45,081 nucleotides of DNA from an uncultured bacterium. Its GTDB lineage: Bacteria; Actinomycetota; Acidimicrobiia; Spongiisociales; UBA5794. The position numbers and the translations under genes are program-made. This document shows positions 1 through 7,931 of the stretch, one piece after another. The first letter of the stretch is position 1; the number at the start of each line of letters is the position of its first letter. The stretch lies in NCBI GenBank assembly GCA_965368515.1, contig CBDUNF010000002.1:1-45081 (forward strand), given 5' to 3'. Below the pieces are notes generated by a model. It was given only the letters and a program-made list of their open reading frames with translations, was not told the DNA's origin and did no database searches.

Positions 1-233
1 ATGTTGTCGAAGTCGATCCCCGAGAGGTCGGCGCCCCAGTTCGGCATCGGCTTCCGCAAGAATCGCTTGTAGGCCTTCAGACGAAAATCGAGCATCCACT
101 CTGGCTCTTTCTTCATCGCCGACATCTGCCGAAGGATGTCCTCGCTCAGGCCCCTCTCCGGCTTGAAGACATAATCCTCTTCGTCGGCCCAGCCGAGCTG
201 GTAGCCGCCGAGATCAATGTCAACCGTTGTCAT
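1..233 (-). CDS. sufB: Fe-S cluster assembly protein SufB, N-terminal part (gene continues beyond the window start)
   Basis: Not in the ORF track because it runs off the edge. The reverse complement of 1..233 reads MTTVDIDLGGYQLGWADEEDYVFKPERGLSEDILRQMSAMKKEPEWMLDFRLKAYKRFLRKPMPNWGADLSGIDFDNI, which is the conserved SufB N-terminus. The ATG is at 233..231. Confidence 0.85.
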   Translation of the reverse strand, partial: MTTVDIDLGGYQLGWADEEDYVFKPERGLSEDILRQMSAMKKEPEWMLDFRLKAYKRFLRKPMPNWGADLSGIDFDN

Positions 234-535
234 ATTCGGGTCCCTTCAGGAGTTTGGGAAGAACAATTACCACTATAGCGATAGGAGAATGGGTAGATCA
301 GCGGTAGGGCTCGAGGATTCTGCCCGAAAACGACTGAAACCGCCAATATGGCGGGCAGCACGGCCGGTTTCGGCTTGGTGGTCGTTGGACCCAGGATGAC
401 CAGCCGGGACGGGGGTGTGGGAGTGGGGGGAAGACCGGGTTCCGCCCCGACGGATCATCCTTGGTACTGGTATAACGTCATGGGGTGCAGAATTGATCCC
501 GAAAATGTCGCAGGGACGACCAAGACGGAGAGTCG

Positions 536-988
536 ATGCCGGTAATCGTGGTTGGAGCAGACACAGAGATCGGGCACGCCATCGTGCCGGTGCTTCGCCC
601 TGCGTCGGGTGAGATCAGGCTGTTTGCGAGCGATGCCGAAGCAGTGGCCCGCTACCGAGACTTCGCCAAGATCGCGGTCGGAGACATCTCCGACGGGAGT
701 CATGTAGGAGGTGCTGCGATCGGTGCATTCTGCGCAATCATCATCACAACCGCGGCTCACGATGACCGAGAACGCTACTTCGCGGCCGACTCCGACGAAC
801 TATTTGCACAATGGGCTGACGGTCTCACCGACGCCGGTGTGAGCAGAGTCATCGTTGTTGGCCCACGTCCGCCGGTCGCCGGTGTGCTCAGCCGGGTGTG
901 CGACGACTACCTCGCCGTCGACTCCACCGACAAGCCGCTCCAAGAAATCGCCAGCATTGTCGCTGCGGCTGAGGCAGCCGAGGGCTGA
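536..988 (+). CDS. Short NAD(P)-binding (Rossmann/NmrA-like) domain protein
   Basis: 150-aa ORF starting MPVIVVGADTEIGHAIVPVL, a beta-strand plus Gly-rich dinucleotide-binding-type start. Only 150 aa, so the function is uncertain. Confidence 0.45.
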   Translation: MPVIVVGADTEIGHAIVPVLRPASGEIRLFASDAEAVARYRDFAKIAVGDISDGSHVGGAAIGAFCAIIITTAAHDDRERYFAADSDELFAQWADGLTDAGVSRVIVVGPRPPVAGVLSRVCDDYLAVDSTDKPLQEIASIVAAAEAAEG

Positions 989-1000
989 AACAGTCGCCGG

Positions 1001-2230
1001 TTAGAAGACCTCGGGACAGTGCGGTGCGACGGAGCTACGAAACAACGTCTCGAGCCGGGCTACGGCATCAGGTGACCCTTCGATCCGCCCGACACGAGAC
1101 AGGGCGACTGCACTCGTACCACCCAAGTACAGGGCGCCGAGTGTGTTCACATCCATCGAGACATCCGCCACGGACGTGACCGTATCGCAACTCGCGACGC
1201 CGTCGGTGACCGCCAAACGATACGTACCCTCGTTCCACGGACAGAACGGATCAGCAATCTGCATTGCTACCGAATCGGTGCCGGTGTACGTCCGTCGCGA
1301 CAGTGCATCTCTGACATCGATCAGCCGGATCCACAGACTGTCCGACAGCTCAGTGGTCTCCACGGTTCGGCCGTCGCGGAACAGCAACGGCAGTGGGTCG
1401 TCAACCGGCAGGTTCCAATGCTTGACCATCGGGAAGAGATCGATGTTGGTCGCGTAGTGCCACAGAGCCCGATACGCACCGTCGTCGGTGGTCATCAACT
1501 CTCGTATTCGGGTCTCCCCTTCGCCGAGTGTGTCCCAGCTGTGCTTCTGTCGATATGTCATGTACCCGATCGGGACCCCGTCTCGCTCCGCCAGCGCATG
1601 CCGGAGAGCGCTGGCGCCGGAGCGATTCTTCTCCGGGTCGAAGAACAACCGGTATTTCCACCAGTCCTCGGACCGCTGGTACATGCCGGGCCGGGATGAT
1701 TGACTCGCCCCATATCGACCAGGAAGCAACTTCTCCGCTTCGTCCTCGGCAACGAGCCGTACCGTTACCCCGGGGTCCTGTTCCCCTCGACCGGCAAACC
1801 TGGCGTCGTACTTGACCGAATGCAGCTGGGCGGCCGGACCGTACCCGTACCGCCCGTAGATCGGAACCTCGGAAGCCCACAAGCCGCCAAGCGGCTCTCC
1901 GCGCTCTCGGGCCATGTCGACGTGCTTGCGCATCATCGCGGTCAGGATGCCCCGACGGGTGTGGGTCGGCTGCACGGTGATGATGGTCAACCCCGACATC
2001 GGGACCTGCGCACCGCCGGGCACCGTCAGAGTCAGCTCGAAGTCGCCGCCGGTGCCGACAATGTTCTCGCCGTCATACACCGGGTACATCCGCTTCCGGT
2101 CGAATAGCGTGTCGAAGCGTTCGATCGCCTTCTCGTCGTCGGGATCGGAATCCTGACCAAACCCGGATGCGATGGCCTGCCGAAAGGCGGCCGTTTCCTC
2201 TACAGCTAGTTCCCTGATCTCAAAGCTCAT
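1001..2230 (-). CDS. eis: Eis-family (enhanced intracellular survival type) GNAT N-acetyltransferase with SCP2-like C-terminal domain
   Basis: 409 aa. The N-terminal GNAT core contains TVQPTHTRRGILTAMM. It has the three-domain length typical of Eis and ends in a terminal Phe (..CPEVF), as Eis enzymes do. Confidence 0.85.
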   Translation of the reverse strand: MSFEIRELAVEETAAFRQAIASGFGQDSDPDDEKAIERFDTLFDRKRMYPVYDGENIVGTGGDFELTLTVPGGAQVPMSGLTIITVQPTHTRRGILTAMMRKHVDMARERGEPLGGLWASEVPIYGRYGYGPAAQLHSVKYDARFAGRGEQDPGVTVRLVAEDEAEKLLPGRYGASQSSRPGMYQRSEDWWKYRLFFDPEKNRSGASALRHALAERDGVPIGYMTYRQKHSWDTLGEGETRIRELMTTDDGAYRALWHYATNIDLFPMVKHWNLPVDDPLPLLFRDGRTVETTELSDSLWIRLIDVRDALSRRTYTGTDSVAMQIADPFCPWNEGTYRLAVTDGVASCDTVTSVADVSMDVNTLGALYLGGTSAVALSRVGRIEGSPDAVARLETLFRSSVAPHCPEVF

Positions 2231-2335
2231 GACTGCACGCTATCAGGCGAGAACCTGAGTCGGCATTCGACGTCAGATTTGCGACATCCGGTTGCCTAGG
2301 CTGCCCGATGTTCCAACCTCGAGAGGGAGTACACC

Positions 2336-3124
2336 GTGCATCCGGTACGAATCGCTGTCCAACTCCATCCCCAACATGCCGACTATGCCGACATCCGGCG
2401 TGCGGTCGCCGAAGCTGAAGAACTCGGCGTCGACATCGTCTACAACTGGGATCACTTCTACCCGCTGTACGGCGAACCCGACGGCAAACACTTCGAATGC
2501 TGGACCATGCTGGGCGCCTGGGCCGAACAGACCACCAACATCGAGTTTGGTGCCCTCGTCACCTGCAACTCCTATCGCAACCCGCAGCTGCTGGGTGATA
2601 TGGCACGAACCGTTGATCATATGAGCGGCGGCCGCCTCATCCTTGGCATCGGCTCCGGCTGGTTCCAGCGTGACTACGACGAGTTCGGCTACGAGTTCGG
2701 GACTGCCCCGAGCCGCCTTCGCGATCTCGATCGTGATCTCCCGCTCATCAAGGAGAGGTGGTCCAAGGGCAACCCGGCCCCAACCCGCAAGATCCCGGTC
2801 CTCATCGGCGGTGGCGGCGAAAAGGTAACGCTGCGAATCACCGCCGAGCAGGCCGATATCTGGCACTTCTTTGGGACACCAGAGCAAATGGGGCGCAAGA
2901 GCAAGATTCTCGATGACTGGTGCGCCAAAGTCGGCCGTGATCCTGCTGAGATCGAGCGTTCAACTCAGATCGAGTACGACAAGATCACCGGCGACTTCCG
3001 AGACCTGGCGGAGCAGTACTACGAACTCGGCTTCACCAACTTCAGCTTCGGCTTGAACGGTCCCGACTACGACTTCACCCCGGTGAAAAGCTGGCTCGAG
3101 TGGAGAGATTCCAAGAACGCCTAG
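2336..3124 (+). CDS. LLM-class (luciferase-like) F420-dependent oxidoreductase
   Basis: 262 aa with a GTG start preceded by GAGAGGGAG. Motifs GALVTCNSYRNPQLL and GRLILGIGSGW are typical of the small F420-dependent LLM family. Confidence 0.85.
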   Translation: MHPVRIAVQLHPQHADYADIRRAVAEAEELGVDIVYNWDHFYPLYGEPDGKHFECWTMLGAWAEQTTNIEFGALVTCNSYRNPQLLGDMARTVDHMSGGRLILGIGSGWFQRDYDEFGYEFGTAPSRLRDLDRDLPLIKERWSKGNPAPTRKIPVLIGGGGEKVTLRITAEQADIWHFFGTPEQMGRKSKILDDWCAKVGRDPAEIERSTQIEYDKITGDFRDLAEQYYELGFTNFSFGLNGPDYDFTPVKSWLEWRDSKNA

Positions 3125-3198
3125 GAACCGCTGCTGCCACATTCGCCCGATCGTCTCGAGCGCCGCACACGTGCCTGTGGACACCCCGAGACGCGCCG

Positions 3199-3232
3199 GC
3201 GATCGCTCTCCCCACCATGTGAGAGCGATCGC
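3199..3232. terminator. Perfect 12-bp-stem hairpin between convergent genes (possible terminator)
   Basis: GCGATCGCTCTC (3199-3210) pairs with GAGAGCGATCGC (3221-3232) across a 10-nt loop. A second 6-bp hairpin, TCCCCG-TTTC-CGGGGA, follows about 20 nt later. There is no clear U-tract. Confidence 0.25.
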
Positions 3233-3325
3233 TTACTGGCCCGCCACGTCCCCGTTTCCGGGGAGTTCTCGTGCTGTGCCTTCCCTATCGGCAGCGAGCC
3301 AGAGAAAGTTAAAAGTCGGGGGTGA

Positions 3326-4642
3326 TCAATCGCCGGCCACAAAGAATGACCAGTCACCGTCTTCCCAGATTCCGATCCGATATCCGATGTATGCGCCAAA
3401 GTCCGCAAACCCCTGCATCTGCTCATCGGTGTAGAGCGACCTCAGAGCCTCAACGTCAGCTACCGGCGTCGTTTCCCAATCACCTTGGTGAGCATTGGCG
3501 GCTGGCCAGACATACAGCGTGCCGTTCTCGGTCTCGATGGTTCCGTGCGGCAGATTGAGGATCGACATCAGCCATCGCATCGGCTCGTAGCCCTGCTCCT
3601 CTTCGTATGTCCACAGCTCTGACGGGTCGTCGCCACCAAAGGATGCGGTGAAGTTGTCGCCTCCAATGGCTTCGAGCGTGTCGAAATCGCAGTTCGAGGC
3701 TACGACGATGACGCTATCGACGGTATTCGCCACGGCTCGCGGCAGGTCGTCGCGCGGATAAGTCTGCGGCACATTTTCAAAGCCAGAGCAATCCTCGAGA
3801 GCGAGCAGTTCATCCGGAAGGCCCACCACGACGGGGCCCAGCAGCACCGATCCGGCGGTGTCCATCGCAGTCACCGTCATCACGCCGCGTCGCGGATCAT
3901 CCACGAGCACTGCCCAATAGCCTCCTCGAGTGCGCTGCCACACCACATCCCCCGCGACCCCGATGCTCACTACGGCCGACCCGGCTGGGGCATGCCCGGT
4001 TAGCAGCTCCGTCTCCAGCCCGAGACTGATTGAGCCGGTCCAGCCCCGCTCGAGTTCGCCCGAACTGGCGCAAGTATCGGTCCGAGCCGCAGTGGCTGTG
4101 ACCACCACGAAGCACTCCCCCGGCCGCGGCGGGACGCTCGACTCCGGCCCTTCGACCTCCCAGACTCCCGAGATTGCGTAGAAGCGCATCTCACCGATGC
4201 GGCCGATAGCCGCGACGTTGTCGGTCTCCGTGAAGACAATCGAGTCGTCCATCTCATCGATCGCCACCAGATCCTTCTCAACCTGAGATGGTTCTATCGG
4301 CTGGAACGCCAGCTCGGTTCCGTCCGGCTTGAAGCTAGATCCCGCGTCATCGGTCGCGTAGACGACCAGGGAAGATCGGTCGGGGACCGCGAGACCAGGA
4401 ACAGTCGTCGTGGTGGTCGTCTCTCCTGGACCGGCCGGTCCGGGCAGGATCTCCCCGCCCGGGCTGAGCGCAAGAACTGCTCCCCCGACCAGCACGAGAG
4501 CACCCACCGCGACCGCGACAGCCGCACCCATGCTGCGCAGTCGCGCCGAGCGACGCACCTGGCCAATCGGGGGTGGTGTCAGCGATCCGGTCGCTCGGTC
4601 GACTTCCTCGGAAGCACGGCGGAGCCTGTCTTCGGTGTTCAT
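3326..4642 (-). CDS. Single-pass membrane protein with a large extracytoplasmic domain, translationally coupled to the ECF sigma factor (possible non-canonical anti-sigma/sensor)
   Basis: Track ORF 3326..4726 trimmed to the ATG at 4642, which overlaps the sigma-factor stop as ATGA (4639-4642). It has a short cytoplasmic N-terminus, one TM helix (AAVAVAVGALVLVGGAVLAL), a Thr run and an extracytoplasmic part of about 370 aa with 4 Cys. There is no HxxxCxxC zinc anti-sigma motif. Confidence 0.7.
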   Translation of the reverse strand: MNTEDRLRRASEEVDRATGSLTPPPIGQVRRSARLRSMGAAVAVAVGALVLVGGAVLALSPGGEILPGPAGPGETTTTTTVPGLAVPDRSSLVVYATDDAGSSFKPDGTELAFQPIEPSQVEKDLVAIDEMDDSIVFTETDNVAAIGRIGEMRFYAISGVWEVEGPESSVPPRPGECFVVVTATAARTDTCASSGELERGWTGSISLGLETELLTGHAPAGSAVVSIGVAGDVVWQRTRGGYWAVLVDDPRRGVMTVTAMDTAGSVLLGPVVVGLPDELLALEDCSGFENVPQTYPRDDLPRAVANTVDSVIVVASNCDFDTLEAIGGDNFTASFGGDDPSELWTYEEEQGYEPMRWLMSILNLPHGTIETENGTLYVWPAANAHQGDWETTPVADVEALRSLYTDEQMQGFADFGAYIGYRIGIWEDGDWSFFVAGD

Positions 4643-5151
4643 GCTTCTTCCCTCCATCCGTGCAGCTTGCGGCCAAGACGATCTCGTCCGCGGCGCAAAT
4701 GAGCTTTGACGGTTCCGGGGCTGCATTCGAGAACGTCGGCGATCTGATCAAGCGATAGGTCCTCGAGATAGAACAGCGCTACGGCTTGTGCCTGGCGGCG
4801 GGGAAGCGCCCTGACCGCGTCCCACACCGCGGCGGCATCTGGCTCGAGTTCAGGGATGTGTTCGACCCCGGCGCGGAGGCGCGGGATGGCCTTCACCTCG
4901 GTGACACGACGGCGAAGCACCGATGTCGAGCGATTCACGATGACACGACGGAGCCAGGCTTCCGGCTTGTCGTAGCGAGATATCTTCTCCCACCGGCGAT
5001 ATCCGGCGACAAACGCGTCCTGCGCCACCTCTTCGGCAAGGTGCCGTTTCCCGGTCAAGGCATAGGCGAGCCCGACGGCGCGCGGGTATTGGCGCTTGTA
5101 AAAGGCTTCGAAGTCCTCGGTCACCGCCACCAGCGGCAAGGGTTTCGGCAT
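4639..5151 (-). CDS. ECF-type RNA polymerase sigma-70 family factor
   Basis: Sigma-2 region: AQDAFVAGYRRWEKISRYDKPEAWLRRVIVNRS. Sigma-4 HTH: LPRRQAQAVALFYLEDLSLDQIADVLECSPGTVKAHLRRGR. The start is set at the Met at 5151 (MPKPLP..), which has GAGG 8 nt upstream. The track ORF extends to a GTG at 5193 that has no SD. Confidence 0.85.
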   Translation of the reverse strand: MPKPLPLVAVTEDFEAFYKRQYPRAVGLAYALTGKRHLAEEVAQDAFVAGYRRWEKISRYDKPEAWLRRVIVNRSTSVLRRRVTEVKAIPRLRAGVEHIPELEPDAAAVWDAVRALPRRQAQAVALFYLEDLSLDQIADVLECSPGTVKAHLRRGRDRLGRKLHGWREEA

Positions 5152-5297
5152 TCGTGCTACCTCGGAAATGGCGTTCATATGTAGAACACGCACGAGCAGG
5201 CTACGAGGAGTACAGGATTCTTGGTGTGATCATTGAACGACGGGGACAGATAGACCAGCCGATACGGGACAAAGCTGCGCAGTCGGCGAGACCCACA

Positions 5298-6410
5298 TCA
5301 AGGGGGATCAACCCCGCTCGCGACGTTCCGCAGGAATGACCGCCGCTGTGGTGGTGAGTGCGGGTCTATCCGGAAGCCAAGCCCATGGACCACAACATGA
5401 TGGTGAAACCAGCACAGGGTCGTGAGGTTGTCCGGGTTGTGATCGCCGCGGGCAGCCCGGGGCTGGATGTGGTGTACCTGGAGGCGGTAGCGGCTGTGGC
5501 AGCCAGCAATCGTGCACCCACCGTCGCGGTATCTGACGAACCGACGCACCTCCGGCGGGATCGCCCTGGTGCCGTTCGTTGTGACCACGGGTCTTCCGTT
5601 TTCGAGGCCGATGAGCTGGACGCGACCCTCGCACAAGATCCGGTCCAGCACAGCAGGGCCAACCCTCGGTCCAAACTCAATCTCGGCACCGGTCTCCCCG
5701 AGCGACCGAGCCCGGTCGGCGTCGAAGAAGACAGACACCAGCGGTTCTGACCGCCGCGCCGACTCACCGTCCAGGGCCACAGGTTCTCTCGAATCCTGGC
5801 AGATGGATACCAATGCATCGGCGTTGCGTTGCGCACCTGTCTGGGTCGGTCCGGGCAGATCGGAGAACATGTCGGCCCGTTCCTCAACCGCATCACGGAC
5901 AACCGTGTACTCAAACCCCGGCAACTCACCGTGAATACGGCCCGCACTGTTGTCGATGGAATCCTGGAAGTACACGTTGCGGTCAACAAATACATCGCGC
6001 TCACCCGACCGGGTGATCCGTCGGTGCCTGCCCCGCAGACGATCCACGCCCGCCAGATCAAAGCCGAATGAACGCCGGATGGCGTCGGGGTCGGCACCCG
6101 ACGCAATCAGCCGCGCGGTCGCCACGATCCGCGCAAACGACAGGCCTTCAGCGTTGTCCGTCAACTCAGGTCGACTGGGCAGGGTGCGGGAAGCGTCAAC
6201 AAGGTCTCGGGCGGTGGCGGCGGGCACATCAAGACGACCTCGCACCCACTCCTGCAATGACCTCGACCCATCAAGTCGGTTGACCTGCATGACATCGAGA
6301 CTGTGCAGCAACTCAGCCTGCTGGGTGCGCAGCTTGGCGATGAGCTCTTCCCGGGCCAATAGCCCTTGCTCCAGGTCGTCAATGGATGATGCGAAATCCA
6401 CTTTGAACAT
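5298..6410 (-). CDS. DUF222-type HNH endonuclease
   Basis: 370 aa. A long helical N-terminal region is followed by a C-terminal HNH nuclease motif, GCHSRYRLQVHHIQPRAARGDHNPDNLTTLCWFHHHVVVH. This architecture is typical of the multi-copy actinobacterial DUF222/HNH family. Confidence 0.85.
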   Translation of the reverse strand: MFKVDFASSIDDLEQGLLAREELIAKLRTQQAELLHSLDVMQVNRLDGSRSLQEWVRGRLDVPAATARDLVDASRTLPSRPELTDNAEGLSFARIVATARLIASGADPDAIRRSFGFDLAGVDRLRGRHRRITRSGERDVFVDRNVYFQDSIDNSAGRIHGELPGFEYTVVRDAVEERADMFSDLPGPTQTGAQRNADALVSICQDSREPVALDGESARRSEPLVSVFFDADRARSLGETGAEIEFGPRVGPAVLDRILCEGRVQLIGLENGRPVVTTNGTRAIPPEVRRFVRYRDGGCTIAGCHSRYRLQVHHIQPRAARGDHNPDNLTTLCWFHHHVVVHGLGFRIDPHSPPQRRSFLRNVASGVDPP

Positions 6411-6540
6411 GCCACCAACCTATCAACCAGGTGTGACAGAAACTCGCGAAAATCATTGGAGAATCGGAAGGTTCACGACCGATTGGGCCCGGTCCCCACC
6501 GCTATCGCAGCATCCCGGCCGCATCTATGAGAGCGACGCC

Positions 6541-7146
6541 CTAATCATCGTCCCCGTCGCGGGGCTCTTCTTCCTTTTCGACCTTGAGTTCGCCGTTCTC
6601 GAACTTGGCGGAGAGCTCGGACTTGTGGTTATTGCTCTCGAACTTGACCTCGGCTTCCTTGGGTCCGGCATGCTCGATGTCGGTGTCGAATCCGGCATTG
6701 GCGACCGCCGACACAACCCACACCTCGCCATTACCGACAGACAGAGTGACCGTGCCGCCGATCAAGCTGAAGGTCTGATTGGTCACCGGGACGGTGGTCG
6801 TCGTAGGCGGGACGGTGGTTGTCGTGGTTGTGGTTGTCGTCGTTGCCTGGGGTGCCGTGGTCGTCGTGACGCCCGACTGTGCAACGGTCGTCGTAGTGGC
6901 CGGCGGCGGCTCGGACGTCGCGGTAACGGCAACGGTCGTGGTCGTCGTCGGGTCGGGAACCGTCGTAGTTATGTCGTTACCGGAGAGCACCGTGGTCGTA
7001 GTGGTGGGCGCACCGATGGCAACCGGGGTGTCAACGACCCTGTCTCGGATGCCGGCGACCGCGGCTGATGCGATCACGACCGAAAGAACGGTCGCTGCCA
7101 GCCACGCTGCGCCTATCCCCAAATACCTTCTCATTCGTCCCAGCAT
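6541..7146 (-). CDS. Small membrane-anchored protein with poly-Thr linker and about 70-aa C-terminal beta-type domain (copy 1, partner of two-component system 1)
   Basis: 201 aa. N-terminal TM helix (GAAWLAATVLSVVIASAAVAG), long Thr-rich linker, and C-terminal domain LIGGTVTLSVGNGEVWVVSAVANAGF... It is a paralog of the 43532..44194 product. Confidence 0.7.
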   Translation of the reverse strand: MLGRMRRYLGIGAAWLAATVLSVVIASAAVAGIRDRVVDTPVAIGAPTTTTTVLSGNDITTTVPDPTTTTTVAVTATSEPPPATTTTVAQSGVTTTTAPQATTTTTTTTTTVPPTTTTVPVTNQTFSLIGGTVTLSVGNGEVWVVSAVANAGFDTDIEHAGPKEAEVKFESNNHKSELSAKFENGELKVEKEEEPRDGDDD

Positions 7147-7169
7147 GCATCACTCCACGGTGCTGTGGG

Positions 7170-7185
7170 TTAAGCAGAGGCTAAA
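7170..7185. promoter_or_regulatory. Direct-repeat motif TTAAG-N6-CTAAA in the divergent promoter of triad 1 (candidate response-regulator site)
   Basis: TTAAGCAGAGGCTAAA. The equivalent position of the second triad carries TTAAGGAGTTCCTAAG (reverse complement of 43479..43494). 11 of 16 positions are identical, and both have half-sites with 11-bp periodicity. Confidence 0.3.
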
Positions 7186-7234
7186 CCACAATGAAACCAC
7201 CGACATCTGGCCGGTCCTTCGGCCCCGAGCCGTG

Positions 7235-7240
7235 TAACTT
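7235..7240 (+). promoter_or_regulatory. Candidate -10 element (TAACTT) 7 nt upstream of the regulator ATG (leaderless mRNA candidate)
   Basis: TAACTT fits TANNNT. It is followed by CCCACCC and then the ATG at 7248, and there is no SD sequence. The paralogous regulator has TACAGT-N7-ATG. Confidence 0.3.
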
Positions 7241-7247
7241 CCCACCC

Positions 7248-7931
7248 ATGGCATCGATTCTCCTCATCGAAGACGACCAGCGAATCCGACAGGCGCTGGC
7301 GACCCGGCTTGCCGAACGCGGCCACGATGTCGAATCCACTGCCACCGCAATGGATGGGGTGCACAAGGCGGTTAGCGGAGAGGTCGACATCGTGGTCCTC
7401 GATCTGGGCCTCCCCGACGTCGACGGAGCCGACGCCCTGCAGATGATTCGCGCCGTCAGCGAAGTACCCGTCATCGTGGCCACCGCCCGTGACGATCAGG
7501 ACGAGATAGTGAAGATCTTCGACGCCGGCGCGGACGACTACGTCATCAAGCCCTACTCGACGGATCACCTCGAGGCTCGCATCCGGGCCCTGCTGCGACG
7601 TGCGACAACGGTCAGCGACAGCAGTCAGCTCACCATCGGAGCCCTATGCATCGACCCGGAATCTCACGAAGCTTCGCTTGCTGGGGAGCCGCTCGAACTA
7701 TCAGCCAAGGAGTTCGAATTGCTCGCCTATCTGGCCGAGCGTCCGGGAAAGATGATCGGCAAGAGGGAGCTGCTGGCAGCGGTGTGGCGCCAGCCATATG
7801 GCGGTGCCGACAAGACAGTGGACGTTCATCTCTCATGGATTCGGAAGAAGCTGGGTGAGACAGCGGCCGAGCCCCGATACATCCATACCCGCCGCGGCGT
7901 CGGTGTGAAACTGGTTGACCCAGACTCGTGA
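7248..7931 (+). CDS. OmpR/PhoB-family response regulator (copy 1)
   Basis: Track ORF trimmed to MASILLIEDDQRIR. The receiver domain has VLDLGLPDVDG and the winged-helix output has LSAKEFELLAYLAERPGKMIGKRELL..VDVHLSWIRKKL. Confidence 0.9.
   Translation: MASILLIEDDQRIRQALATRLAERGHDVESTATAMDGVHKAVSGEVDIVVLDLGLPDVDGADALQMIRAVSEVPVIVATARDDQDEIVKIFDAGADDYVIKPYSTDHLEARIRALLRRATTVSDSSQLTIGALCIDPESHEASLAGEPLELSAKEFELLAYLAERPGKMIGKRELLAAVWRQPYGGADKTVDVHLSWIRKKLGETAAEPRYIHTRRGVGVKLVDPDS

Noticed and set aside
5950-7068. 372-aa plus-strand ORF
   Set aside because: It is entirely antisense to the HNH gene and the Thr-rich membrane protein. Its product is Arg/Gly/Ser low-complexity with no domain pattern. 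This is the typical long spurious ORF of GC-rich DNA.
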